A DNA stretch of 64,000 bases from Azolla caroliniana (lineage: Eukaryota > Plantae > Polypodiophyta): the NCBI GenBank assembly GCA_043228905.1, contig JBHGNT010000008.1, positions 17,298,001 through 17,362,000 on the forward strand, in the 5' to 3' direction. Position 1 is the stretch's first letter. Each line of letters opens with the position of its first letter. The notes beneath the pieces are model-generated. The model saw nothing but the letters and a program-made list of their open reading frames with translations. It was not told where the DNA came from and did not search any database. This document shows positions 51,200 to 64,000 of the stretch, in pieces. Both the position numbers and the translations under genes were made by a program.

Positions 51200-51460
51200 T
51201 ATGATTCTCATTATACTAGTGACTCCCAGCGCAGCAGCAATGGCAGTAAGGTGGCCATCGTCACCTTGGCCTCTGTGGCCACCTTCCCTGGGCTCAATAC
51301 GCAGGGCCTGTCCATCGCTCGCATCGACTTCCCGCCCAACGGCGGACTCAACCAACCCCACGTCCACCGCTGCCAGTGATGGTGCTTCAGAATATGTTCG
51401 GCATAGACCAGTCTCAAGTGGACGCCCTTGCCGCTAGCGTGAAGAAGGCCATCCTGGCTT
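51200..51460 (+). pseudogene. Germin-like pseudogene related to the 42056 gene, with 5' and internal deletions
   Basis: High identity to about 42322-42491 joined to about 42738-42820. Upstream 51030-51200 matches 40710-40873. Confidence 0.92.
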
Positions 51461-51749
51461 GAATACCCGTAGTATGAACGTACAATCAATAACAAGCGGC
51501 TCATGACCTAATCAATGTCTTCTGCATAAAGTACCTCATCTTTATACTATATCTGTTTGTCTATCCGTTTTATCATCACTGGTTTGAATAATAAATACAT
51601 TTTCGGCATTGGACGCTCACAACAATCACCTCTGTAATCTTCTCTTTTAAATGGTCAATTTAATCATTCCAGTTTCTGTGTCCTTTTTGTGAAAACACAC
51701 AATTAGGTTAATAAATGTATGCAGTTCGGGTGTCTCCGTTAGGCAACAT

Positions 51750-54700
51750 TGTAGGAATTTACGGTACTATCTAACAAAGGATAACAAGTTGACACATGTG
51801 ACTTAAAATTATGAAGTAAGAAAGATTGCATTGTATTCATGGTAGATGTTACATTTTATAGGCAAAAGAGATCATTGGGAATGTTCATTGTGATCAAATC
51901 TCACATGAATGGAACTTTGTAACTAATAGTTGTGTGAACAAAAGTCACGTTAATAGGTGGTTACATTAGTTATTTTTATTTAGGATATATTTCTTAGCTA
52001 TAATAACGTCTTATTCCTATTATTAATATTCTATACCCCTATTGATGCAAGAAGGCGGTCTAGATGTCAATATGATGAAGCTTGAGATTTAGACCTACGG
52101 TGATGCTACATATTAAGTGCATTGGAACCATCTTCAACGTTGGTGCAAAAGTATCTTTATAATCAATGCCATGGATTTGGGTAAATCCTCTTGCAACTAG
52201 GCATGCCTTCAATCTATCAAGCTTTCCATTGGAATCAAATTTCTTTGTAAGTACCCATTTGCAAGGAATAATATTCTTATCATTGGGTTGAGGCACTAAA
52301 CTCCATGTGTCATTCTTTTCTAGTGTATCAATTTCCGCTTACATGGCTATTTGCCATTGAAGTAGTTCGAGGCTTCGCAATGCATCTTTAACCGATGGAT
52401 GGATGTTGTCAAACGGGGCTTGTGGTTCGTATTTTTGAGTATATTCATTCTCTTCATCTAAAGCCACCATTAGTGCTTCCATAGGATCGGTTATCTCGTA
52501 AATCTCATTTAGGAATCTATACTTCTTTCTCTTCATAGGTATAGGGCTTGCTATATTCACAATTAGAGTGGTGTGACCTTAAGATATATCTTTTGAAGTC
52601 CTAAAGCTTGAGTTGAATGGTGTGGAAATCCTAAGGTTTGATTTGAGGAATTTGAAAAAATGGATTGTGAAAAGGTGGATTTTGAAGGGGTAGAAGTTAA
52701 ATTTTGAAAGGTTAGAATTTGAAAATTTTGAATTGTGAAAAGTTAGTTTGAAGGGGTAGAATTTGAAAAAAAATTGAATTTTGAAAAGTGGGGGGAAAAA
52801 ACAGAATTTTCCATTGGGGTTTGCCAAGAATTGATGGGAGATGAAAAGCTATAAGAGAGGTTGTTTATGCTTGGAGTGGCAAGATCATTGCTTTCATTTT
52901 CTCTTAGCTCCATCATGCCATCACCATCGTTGTTGTTGTTACGATGTTCCACCTCTATGTTGCCTTCTATTATAATGCCACCACCAACCTCTCTAGCATC
53001 GCCACTCACTTCTCCAATGCTGCCACTTATTATGCTTGTGGATGTGTGCATGATATTTCTATTTGGTAGATTCTTAATGATCTTGATTTTATGTACCTCT
53101 TGGCTCTCCTCTTCTTCTTTGAACTCTTCTAATTGTAATGGTTCTCTCATGTTGTTGATATGCTCCTTCCCATATTCACGATTATTTACATAATGTATAA
53201 GGGGAATATTTTGTAAGATTATAGGGTATTTTGGGGATACTATTTGTTCGTAAAAAATGACGGATCGACTATATATAAATTTCTTATTTTGTGGGTTAAA
53301 TAATTTATATCCCTTAATCCCCTTGAATTCGCCATATATCCTACCATTATACATTAAATACTATGGGGGTCTAATTTTTTTCTTAACTTGGGAGTGACGT
53401 GACTATAAGCGATTGCCCCAAATATAAGTGTTCAACATTAGGTTTCCTACCAAACCATGAGAAAAAAGGTGTATTCAATCTGAGTACCTTGTGGGGAGAT
53501 CAATTTTGTAAATAACCTCTTGCCGTAGAGATGACCTCTTGCCAAAATTTGTTGTGTAGATCGGCCACTTGAAGCATGCTCTGGCTTGCATCTAGTAGTG
53601 TCCTATTCTTCCGCTCCACCACACCATTTGGTTGTGGATTGTATGAAGTTGTAAACTCATGTCTTATTCCTTGTGTCTTATAAAATGTCTTCCATTTTGT
53701 TGAACAATATTATCCACCGTTATCTGTTCTAATTGTTTTAATTTGAAATTGACATTGGTTTTCAATAAGTGCTTTTAAATAGGTTTTGAAGGCATTGAAA
53801 GCACCGATTTTACTCTTCATGAAGTAAATTATGGTGAATATTGTGAAGTCATTAATAAAGGTAATGAAATATCAATTACCGGTTATTGAAGGTATTTGTA
53901 GTGGCCTCTCAGTTTGATGAATATGGTGAGGGAACTTTCTTCTACTTTGCTTGTCGTAAATACATCCTTCACAAATAAATAAATATAGAAATGGTTTAGC
54001 TAATATACCTTCAACAAGTTTATGTGTTTGAATTGTCTTCATTGATTTTGGATGTAGGTGGCCTACCCAATGATACCATATCAATGTTTGATCATCTTGT
54101 TGATGGCTTGAAGCTATATATGCTTTAATTGGCGAATGATCCATCATCTTTAGTGGGTATAGTTTTCCAATCTTCGGACACGTTGTTTTAATTATATGTC
54201 ACGTGGGTAACTTGTAACAAATTATAGTAGTGGCCTACCCAATGATACCATATCAACGTTTGATCATTTTGTTGATGGCTTGAAGCTATATATGCTTCAA
54301 TTGGCGAATGATCCATCATCTTTAGTGGGTATAGTTTTCCAATCTTCGGACACCTTGTTTTAATTATATGTCATGTGGGTAACTTGTAACAAATTATAGC
54401 ACAGTTGTAATGAAATTCAAGTATCGTTCTAGTTGATGTCGCCTCACTTACGGATAACAAAGTTCTTTGCAAATCCGGGGACAAGGTAAACATTTGAGAT
54501 ATAGTAATTTTGGATTTATTATTAATTGATAGGTAAATTATACCTTTTCCAAGAGCTAACTTGGTACGATTACCCATTGAAGCGTACCTCAAGTGGGTGA
54601 TGAAGTGGATTGTAATTATGTAACCATTCTCGACTATGGGTGAGATGGTGGGTGGTTCCGGTGTCAAAGTACCATAATCTTTTCATTTGAATTTTGTTAG

Positions 54701-55971
54701 TTTGTACTTTTGACACGAATGCTTGTATGAAGGATGTGTCTTCATCTTCATTAGGTATTAATGCAAAATGTGCTTGGGCATTGAACGTTTTACCTTTCTT
54801 TCTTTGATCATAGTGGTTTCGACGACATTCTCTTTCTATGTGTCTTGGTTTGTTGAAATATCTACATATGATTGTGGAAGCATTGATTGCTCCTTGCTTT
54901 GATGGTTGATTTGACTTGTATGACCTTTGAAACTTTTGAAATCTTGGCTTTGAGAAGTTGGAATTTTGAAATCTTTTAATCGCACGCATTGCCATTGATC
55001 CATCGTTGTATTTCACCTTGCCCTTAATTCTTCGAATCTCTTCTCTTTTCATTTTTAGGAACATATTCTTCATGTTCGAAGTGTCATCATTTCCATGTGT
55101 GGTACAAAGGTGTCCCACGAATCTGGTAAAGCCCCCAAAATTAAATCAAATTTCATATCTTCATCAATTTTATTACCTGCCAGTAATGCTTGCTCGAGGG
55201 CTAACTACCATTTCCTGATAAATGTATCAATTCTTTCACTTTCTTTCATTTCCAATGTGACAAGGGGTTGATCTTTGTTGTTCTATCTAAGAGTTCATGA
55301 CGTTCCTTCAAGGCCTCCCATATTTCTTTTGATGTTTCTAAATATTTTACTAAATCTATTTGTTCATCAGTTATATGCATAACCAATTCCATGCGTGCAC
55401 CTAAATCGTTATTTTTCCATTCTATTGATTTTGTGATGGTTGTAGGTTGTGGTATTATACCTATCACAATGTCGATTAATTGTGCTCTTTCGAGGAATAG
55501 AGTCATCCTTAATTTCCACATTTTATAATTTTTGTTGTTGAGTTTCTCCATGGTGTATTTTCGTGTCATTGATGTTGTTTTGTTTGTTGAACTTGTGTTA
55601 GAATCCATCTTTGTAGATCTTTCGGATCGATCTTTTTGACGGTTGTTCCTTAATTCCTAGTTATAGAAGGCTCTGATACCATGTAACAAAGGATAACAAG
55701 TCGATACATGTGACTTAAAATTAGGAAGAAAGAAAGATTGCATTGTATTCTTGGTAGATGTTACATTTTATAGGCAAAAGATATCATAAGGAAGTTTGTA
55801 ATGGGAATGTTCATTGTGATCAAATCTCACATGAATAGAACTTTGTAACTAATAGTTGTGAGAACAAAAGTCATGTCGATAGGTGGTTACATTAGTTATT
55901 TTTATTGTGTTTATTTAGGATATGTTTCTTATTTATAATAACGTCTTATTCCTATTATTAATTTTCTAACA
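51750..55971 (-). mobile_element. Ty1/copia element lacking most of RT and RNaseH
   Basis: LTRs at about 51750-52036 and 55682-55971, perfect TSD AACAT, PBS rc TGGTATCAGAGC at 55670-55681. Gag MDSNTSSTNKTT, protease WYFDTGTTHH, integrase fragments and RT start (CKWV...KACLVARGF). 172-bp tandem duplication at 54061/54233. Confidence 0.92.
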
Positions 55972-56045
55972 AACATTACATACATGTCTCCGGTCGCCGA
56001 CTCTCTCACTAGTGTTGCTAAACCTGGTACTACAACATTTGGTAC

Positions 56046-57804
56046 TCTTACAATATTAAATATTAGAAATAATAGAAATTAATATTAATAACAAATATAT
56101 CATAATTACATTAAACGAGAATAAACAATGTAACAACTTATTCTTGGGACTCTTGTCCACAAGTGACGGTCACAACACATTCATGTTAGATTTTCTCTTT
56201 TAGCTATAAAATGTAATATAGTATAGCTACAATGATCATAAGATAGTCTCTCTTTTATCATTAGATTAAGTTACATAAATACAATTGTTATTCTTTGTTA
56301 GATAGTACTTCAAATTCGTACATGGTATCCTAGCCTTCCCCTAGGAATTATAGCATAACCACCAAGAAGATCGATTTGGAAGATCTACAAAGATGGATTC
56401 TAACACAAGTTCAACAAATAAAACAACAAAGAAAGTACACCATGGAGAAACTCAACGATAAAAATTATAAAGAATGTGGAAATTAAAGATGAGCCTAATC
56501 TTGAAAAGAGCACAATTAATCGACATTGCGAAAGGTTTAATACCACAACCTACAACCATCCCAAAATTGATAGATTGGAAAAATAAAAATTTAAATGCAT
56601 GCATGGAATTGGTATGCATTTAACCGATGAACAAATAGATTTAGTAAAAGAACTAGAAACATCAAAAGAAATATGTGATACATTGAAGGAATGTCACAAA
56701 CCCTCATACAGAACAACAAAGATCAGCACTTTGAGACAACTTGTCACGTTGGAAAAGGAACAAAGTGAAGGAGTTGATACATTCATGAAAAACTGTTAGT
56801 TAGCCTTGGAGCAAGCTTTATGAACAGGTAATAAAATTGATGAAGATATGAAATTTGATTTAATCTTGGATGCATTATCAAATCTGTGGGACAATTTTGT
56901 CACCACACATGCAAAAGATGTAACTTAAAACACAAAGAACATATTCCTAAAAATGAAATGAGAAGAGTTCCGAAGAATAAAGGGTAACATGAAACACACC
57001 GATTTATCAATGACAATGCGCGTATAACAGGATTTCAAAAATCCAAATTCTCAAAGCCAACATTTCAAAAGTTTCAAAGGTCTTACAAGCCAAACCAACT
57101 GTCAAGGAAAGAAATTGCAACAAACCGGGACACATGGAAAGAGAATGTCGTTGGAAGCAATATGACCGAAGAAACAAAGGTAAAAGGTTCAATGCCCAAG
57201 CACATTCTGCATCAATATCGAATGAAGACGAAGACACATCCTTCATTCAAGCATTGATGTCAGAAATACAAACAAACAAAATTCAATTCGAAAGATTATG
57301 GTACTTTAATCAAAACAAACAAATTCGAGCACATCATCATTTTATCCAAGACTTGGTCGAAGCAAAAGAGATGTCACTCCAATAAATTTCAACCACAACC
57401 ATGTGCGTTGATTTCGTTAATAAATCCATACCCAACACAAGCATTGGATATGTTGTTCCAAGACAGGACTCAAATCATAGAAACCAAACAAATAGGTTGC
57501 TTACATTAAGGAGGGGTGTTAGAATATTAAATATTAGAAATAACAAATACATCATAAATAAATAAAACGAGAATAAATAATGTAACAACCTATTCTTGAG
57601 ACTCTTGTTCGCAATGATGGTTACATCACATTCATGTGATATTTGCTAACAATGAACATTCCCAGTACAAACTTCCATATGATCCCTTCTACCTATAAAA
57701 TGTAACACCTACCATGATCATAATGTAGTAACTCTTTTATCATTAAATTAAGTTAAATGAATAGAATTGTAATACTTTGTTAGATAGTGCTTTAAATTCA
57801 TAGA
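56046..57804 (+). mobile_element. Internally deleted non-autonomous copia element, same family as 51750-55971
   Basis: LTRs at 56046-56322 and 57517-57804, PBS TGGTATCCTAGC at 56323, PPT AAGGAGGGG, TSD GGTAC/GATAC. A gag remnant is fused to the RNaseH tail (HHHFIQDLVE). Confidence 0.88.
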
Positions 57805-57949
57805 GATACAATACAATGCATGTAGACATCATCATAACTATAAGTATTACTTTAGCGGCCCATGCTACTTCTACAAATTCAGCTTCAGTGGTACATGACA
57901 ATGTTACGAATTCTAGTTTTTTTATTGTCTTGTCTTGTTTATTAGTAGT

Positions 57950-60900
57950 GGGAAACTTCAAAGTGAGGTGAAAACCCACAAAGAATAAAGAAAAATATAC
58001 AAGTGTCGATTAGACACTAGAGAGCTTAAAAGCACTCAAAGCAAAGGTTGTAAATTTGGAGTGTGATGTCTCTAAGTTGCAGACAATCAAATAGAGATTG
58101 CCTGAGGGATTTCTTAAAGAAGCGAACTTCATGCAGTTGGTTTCGATCAAAGACCTTATTATTGCGGGTTGTCTAAATGGTCCAAAGTGCCCAAAATCGT
58201 GTCCATTGGAGAAAATAGACATTGTCGGATAGGGCGCATGGAATATGTCCAAATATCCAAAAGTGTTTACCAAACCTTCAGCCAGGAAATTTGTGATAAA
58301 GAGATGCACTTAGTCTTTGTACAAATGTTGTAGTGAATGAACAAGTCCATAATAAGTGTGGGATTGTTTCCAATCGTCCACGACATCTTGCACAATGCGG
58401 CAAGGCTATCGATCGCTTTTGAAGATTCAACCCAGTCGGGAGCACACCCAATAAGCATCTCCATAGGAATACCCGTTGCTTAAGTGGAAGACCAGAGCTC
58501 CATAAGTTTGCAAGCCTATTATTCCACCAAGATTGCGTTTTGTGTAGGTTCCATAATGCATTTGCATGTTCGGGAAACCATGGGACAGGTTGCAACAACA
58601 TATACACTGAATGTGTTGTAATGTTATGCATTGGAATAACAATGTTCCCTTTTTGTAACATCCAATCTTGAATCTTGTGATCTCCATTGAGAGGTGGCAC
58701 AAGTACTAAGGAAAGCACCAACTCAGTGACTTGATTCCATATAACACGATGATGTGGCCCAAGATTATAACGACATGTCCTATCATTGAAGTGCAATAAG
58801 AGACCTTGGTCATTTACCACATCTGCAATTGATTTCAGCCCCTTCTTTGCTAAAAAATAAGCTTTCCTAGGCTCTTGTTCAGCTAATGACTGTGGGAATA
58901 TAGCACTCAAGTGTAAGCTTTCAAGGCATAAAGAGTTCCCTAATTCTGAATTCCTACCTCTCCATTTTATGTGGTGTAATATGTCCTTCCAGTGCTTTAG
59001 AAGCTTTGAGCTAAACGGACAACGTTTGATGTGCATGTTAAGCTTTCCAAACACTACATCCCAATGATTAGTTTCCAAATGACTTAGTTTTCAAATGATC
59101 AAACATATCAGATAGCATTCTTGCCCAAGGCAATGTTTTTTCAGCAAATTCCGGCAATAAAATAGCTTTTCTAGCCAACATATGCAAATGCAAATTAAGA
59201 AAATTTAGCCGTCCACTCAATCGTGGAGTGCATATCTTTTCTAGTGATAAAAGTCGTATACCTCTATGCAACTACTTCGAGCACCAAAAGTTGCTTATGA
59301 TTTCTGAGTTAATCTTTTGTATCATGTGTTTCACCCAATCAATCATAATTAAGTAATATTGCATATAAGCCATGAATATTGATTGCACTATCCTCAATTT
59401 GACATGGAGTGGCCATGTTGCAATTTTCCAGTAGCTTAGCTTTTGTCTCACTTTTTGTAGAACCCATTCAACCTTTCTTTTCCCTATTGCATTCCATCCC
59501 AATGGATAGCCAATATGTCTAACCATTTCATTTGGGCTAACAACTTAACCTAGCCACATAAGGTGATGCCAACTATATGATGTCAAGGGTAGAAGTTTGG
59601 ACTTGTTGAAGTTAACATGCAATCCAGCAAGCCAATCCATACAATTTGAGGGCATCCATAATCACCCTCATATCATATGGATTGTTTTGTGATAGGAATG
59701 ATGTATCATTTACATATGCTTGAGCCACGAAATCATGTCCGTCTTTCATTTGCAAACCATGACGTTGACCAATTGATACTAGATGATCCATGTACAATAG
59801 TAGTGGATGAGTTGCGATTGCATACAACAATGCACTTACAGGACAACCTTGTCATACTGATTTGGCTAAGCTCCATAAATCTAGTGCTAGACCCATAAAG
59901 CCAATAGATTACTTGAGACATTTTCGGACCAAATCCTAGTTTGACCATTGTGGCTACCACAAAATCCCATTGGATGGTGTCAAAGGCCTTTTCAATGTCA
60001 ATTTGCATGAGCAATACATCTTGTTTGGTGTATTTGGCATACTCCATTCCAATATAAGCATTAGCAATATTATTTGTAATTTGCCTTCGAGGAATGAACC
60101 CATACTGGTTTACGTGTATGCATCCCAACAAAGTGTCCTTAATACGATTAAAACAATTATCTTTGCAATAAGTTTGTAGATCATTGGCATGAGAGTGATT
60201 GGTCGCCAATCCGAAAAAGATTCACACAATTTCTTTTTGGGTATTAATTTGACCAAACCTTCTTTCCATGAGATCAACATATCCCATTGTTGCCAAGCAT
60301 TATTTGCCATAGATAGGATTAAATCCTTAAGAACATCCCAAATTTCTATATTGAACTCTAACGTAATACCATCCCAACTAGGCGCTTTGCCTTTCCAAAG
60401 GCCCTTTCGAGCCTCCAAGAGCTCCTCCATTGTGAATGTTGCATCCAAAGCAATAGCTTTATCAACACAAATAGTGGGTTGAACTAGTGACAAGAATGTA
60501 TCTCTAGCTTGTTTAACTGCATCTGTAACAACGACATTGTTCTCAAATATGTGAGAGAAGTGAGTTACACATTCCTTGGCTAGTTCAAGTCGGTTTGTAG
60601 TCCACAAACCATCACCAGTTTTGATGAATTTAATGGATTCCATTTGGCATATTAGATGCAACCTTTTGAAGAAGCATTTAGAAGAGCATCCTTTGTCTTT
60701 CAATGGAATTTGCCTTGACCTAACTTGCCATTTTTCCAATTTATTTTTGTCATGTAGCATCAATGTGTGTTTGGCCATACACAATGCATCCTCTTCATGG
60801 AAAGTCAAAGATCTTCTATGTGCTAACTCCGTTAGGGCTTGACAAGTAAATTTGGCTTGTTGAGTGTAATCTCTCTGTCTTGAGACATACCACTTCCCAT

Positions 60901-63320
60901 ACTCTTGTATTATTGTTTGTAATCTATGTACAAAATGTACCCATGCTATATCAACATCTATGTTGACTTCTACATAAAGAGGAGGTATTATGTCATAGAC
61001 CATCCTCTTGAAGAGTTCATGATTGAGGTAGTTGTTGTTAGTGAGCATAAGTCTCTTCCTTTGGAGATGCATTTCATAGGAATGATTCCCAAAATCAAGG
61101 TCTAGCCAAACAGTAGCATGATCTATATGCATTGTACATGTGAAATTTTCATACTGACTAGCATGCAACAAATACCATCTATCAAGCCTTGCATAGTATG
61201 CGGAGTGGGTGGTGTGATGAAAGGTAAAACCAGGAACATGTGGGTGTGTCATTTGCCATAAATCAACCCACTCCAATGAGCTTTGCATATTATACCACTG
61301 ACCTTATTCCTCTCTCAACATATGTGAGTGCCCACTAGTGTTATCACTTGCATTTGGAGAGTTGTTGAAATCTCCAAATATAAATGCATTTTGTGGCCAT
61401 GGATAAGCACAAATGTCTTGCCAAAGTAAAGCTCTATCCCTTGAGGCATTGGGGGCATATATTCCACCAAAATCATATGTCTCGCCATTTATCATGCATC
61501 GCACAACCATCCACCTCCCACGTTGATCATTATAGGCAACCGTTGGATTTAACTCATGTTTTATTATCATAAGCACTCCCGATGTTGTACCTTGTCTTGC
61601 ATAGAAGATGTCAAAACCTCGAAATGTCCCAACTTGACCACTGAATTCAACTTGTTTATGTTCTTGAACACAAATTACATCTGCTTCAGAAGAGGTAATA
61701 TAGTTCCAAACTAATTTCCATTTACTAGGGTTACAAAGACCCCGTATATTGAAGGAGACACATTTGACTTGTTTATGCATGATTAATATGGTTGAAGATA
61801 TAAAACAAAGCAAAATACTAATATGATTGCATATTAGTATCACCGCCATGCTTATTTGCATGAAGCCTAATATCTGCATTTGAACCATCTTTGTAAATGT
61901 CCACATGTGAGCCTCTACTCACCCTTTTCCAAGTTTCTGAGACTGAAAAGAACATTGAAGCATTAATCTGTAAAGATGAACCTTGATTCTCAAGTGCGTG
62001 AGTTTAGTTTCTCACCACTATAGGCGTCTTACTTCTAAAGGATTTCTTAGATATTTGCCAACCTTCATTCTTCTCTTTGTCCACATCAAAGGTTTGTTTC
62101 AAATCGTGTAGGTTTGATTGCACATTACCAATTGTCTGCGGGACTTTACTTTTCTCTTTGTCTTGTACTCTCGGTTTCTGAATGGGTTGCATCATAGATT
62201 GGTTTGTTGCCTTTGAAGAAGAAACCTGGCTATTTTCTTTCAATGATGCATGTTTCAACATTGCAGTTTCAGGTGACTGAATGGTCAGTGTTGGGCATTT
62301 TGATTGCATATGACCAAACTTGTTACATGTGTAACATGCACCCGCAAATTTGCCCCATTTCAGCTTGAAAGGTCTTGCACTAATAATTGGATCATCCGAA
62401 TTGAGGGTGATACCTTCCAAGATCGGAACATCTATGTCCCAAAGAATGCAAAATCTATTAGAAGTACTTGTAGTTTTTGGGGGGCATACTACTCTCCCCA
62501 TTCCTGCTGCAATTGTAGATAACAAGTGATTCCAATTTCGTGGAAAATCAAGCACTTCTACCCAGACGGGACATTTGTGACGAATTAGCCCTTGATAGTC
62601 TTTTGTCAAAGACCGCGACAATGCATGAACCATTTGATCTCTATATGTTAAAGGAGATTCCTCAAGTAATTGCAGTTTTGTACTTTGGTTCTGATAGCAA
62701 TAAAACCCTCTAGCAACGAAATAAACTCCACTAACTGCATAGACTTTAAACATTGCATTTATCCATTGAGTCACATCATTTGCAGAAGGCATCTTCCCAG
62801 GAAAGAAAAGAATAATAGCATTTGACATGTACACTTTTAAAGGATTCAACAAGTCTTGTGATGGGACAATAAATGTCTTGCTTGGCAAAGGCCCATCCCA
62901 TGTCTTCCTAGCCTCTGCAAAGTCCTCGGCTAAATTATCTTGACGCCATTTTGTATCTACTGGATCTTCTATAATTTCTTTCCTCTTCTTATTCCATACA
63001 GAAGATGATTGAGCCATCCTTGTCAACACTAATGTGGTAGACCTGCCACTTTGTATGTTGAAATGTAGAGAGGTCTAACAAAGGTAATGAGAGGAGCAAA
63101 CCCGGTGTCTCACAACTTAGGTCGAAATAGACAGGTCCTGAAGTCTGTACCCTGCTCAGATTTGAGTGAATATGACATGCTCAATCCATCCAGAAGGCTC
63201 CAAAACCCCCAAAACGACTCAAACCTTGTTCCGATTCCGACTCCAGATGAGGGAGATATGAGACTTGAAAGGTGAACTCTGTCTCTCTATCTGTCACGTC
63301 GCCCTCTCTCACTCTCATAG
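57950..63320 (-). mobile_element. Near full-length but frameshifted L1-clade LINE
   Basis: ORF1 at 62004-63029 has CYTCNKFGHMQSKC. ORF2 pieces include APE (SFNIRGL, CVQEH, IYAPN, GDFN), RT (WRPITL, QYGFIP, IDIEKAFD) and zf-RVT (FLWRCLLGVLPT...CARC...ETIPHLLWTC). Confidence 0.92.
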
Positions 63321-63479
63321 TTTTTTTATTGTCATGAGACTACTAATCCTAACACTATAAAAGAAAACCCATAAGACTACTAATCGATGCCATGAGAATT
63401 GATGGCTTCCCAGTTCGAAGTAGACCAACCAACTACCAACTAGTGATTTGATTAGTCTTTCCGATTGAGATTGTTTATT

Positions 63480-64000
63480 TGTTAAGTCATGGTTAGATCG
63501 GTGTTTTGGGTACTACATAAAATGTTAAAGTTATGATCTAAAGATAGATAGATAGAAATGAGAGAGAGAAAGAAGGGTAATGATCCACTCGACCACCCCC
63601 GAGCGAAGGGATCGAGACGGACTCGAGCCTCGATCGGCGTCCCATACCACCGTCGTGGCGTCGAGTCATACCTGGAGCTGGCGTGCTCCCTACAAGAGTT
63701 GACCCACGACAATGTCAGAGTCTCGATGTAATCAAAAGATGATGAAATGAGGATAGTTAGGCCTCATATTTATGGTGATACCCAAGGCCCCCAAGCAAGT
63801 TCACACTTGGCCTTATAGGTTGTCTCAATCTCGAGGATTAAAAGTAATCCTCCCCTTCTTTACACTCTCGTTTAACCCTCACACTTATCCACATGTATAG
63901 AATACTACGATAAATTCTCACCACGGGATATTTAATTTATATGGTCATGCCAATAACATACTCCCCCTCTTTAAAACATTGCACTCTTGCAATGGAAAGT
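63480..64000 (-). mobile_element. 3' LTR (63480-63958) and PPT of an LTR retrotransposon extending beyond the window
   Basis: TGTTA...TAACA termini followed by CTCCCCCTCT (reverse complement of PPT AGAGGGGGAG). Confidence 0.75.

Overview
Repeat-rich eukaryotic nuclear DNA, most likely from a non-seed land plant (inferred from plant-type CKS1, germin-like and U5 genes plus a Tcn1-like self-priming chromovirus). Host genes are the last two coding exons of CKS1 (missed by the ORF track), six U5 snRNA genes or pseudogenes with USE+TATA promoters (11.6-24.5 kb), and two intact intronless germin-like protein (GLP) genes with 3-4 GLP remnants. The rest is mostly retroelements: several decayed Ty1/copia elements (one chimeric, two head-to-head), solo LTRs with TSDs, a near-complete Ty3/gypsy chromovirus, decayed L1-like LINEs, and one young RTEX-like LINE with intact ORF2. 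The most notable observations are (1) U5 promoters with a conserved 22-23 bp USE-TATA spacer, which is Pol III-type geometry in angiosperms although U5 is normally a Pol II gene; (2) a textbook twin-priming 5' inversion splitting ORF1 of the young LINE inserted in a (GA)n microsatellite; and (3) an 11-nt Tf1-style self-priming site in the chromovirus. All calls were read by eye, with no database searches, and boundaries of decayed elements are approximate.
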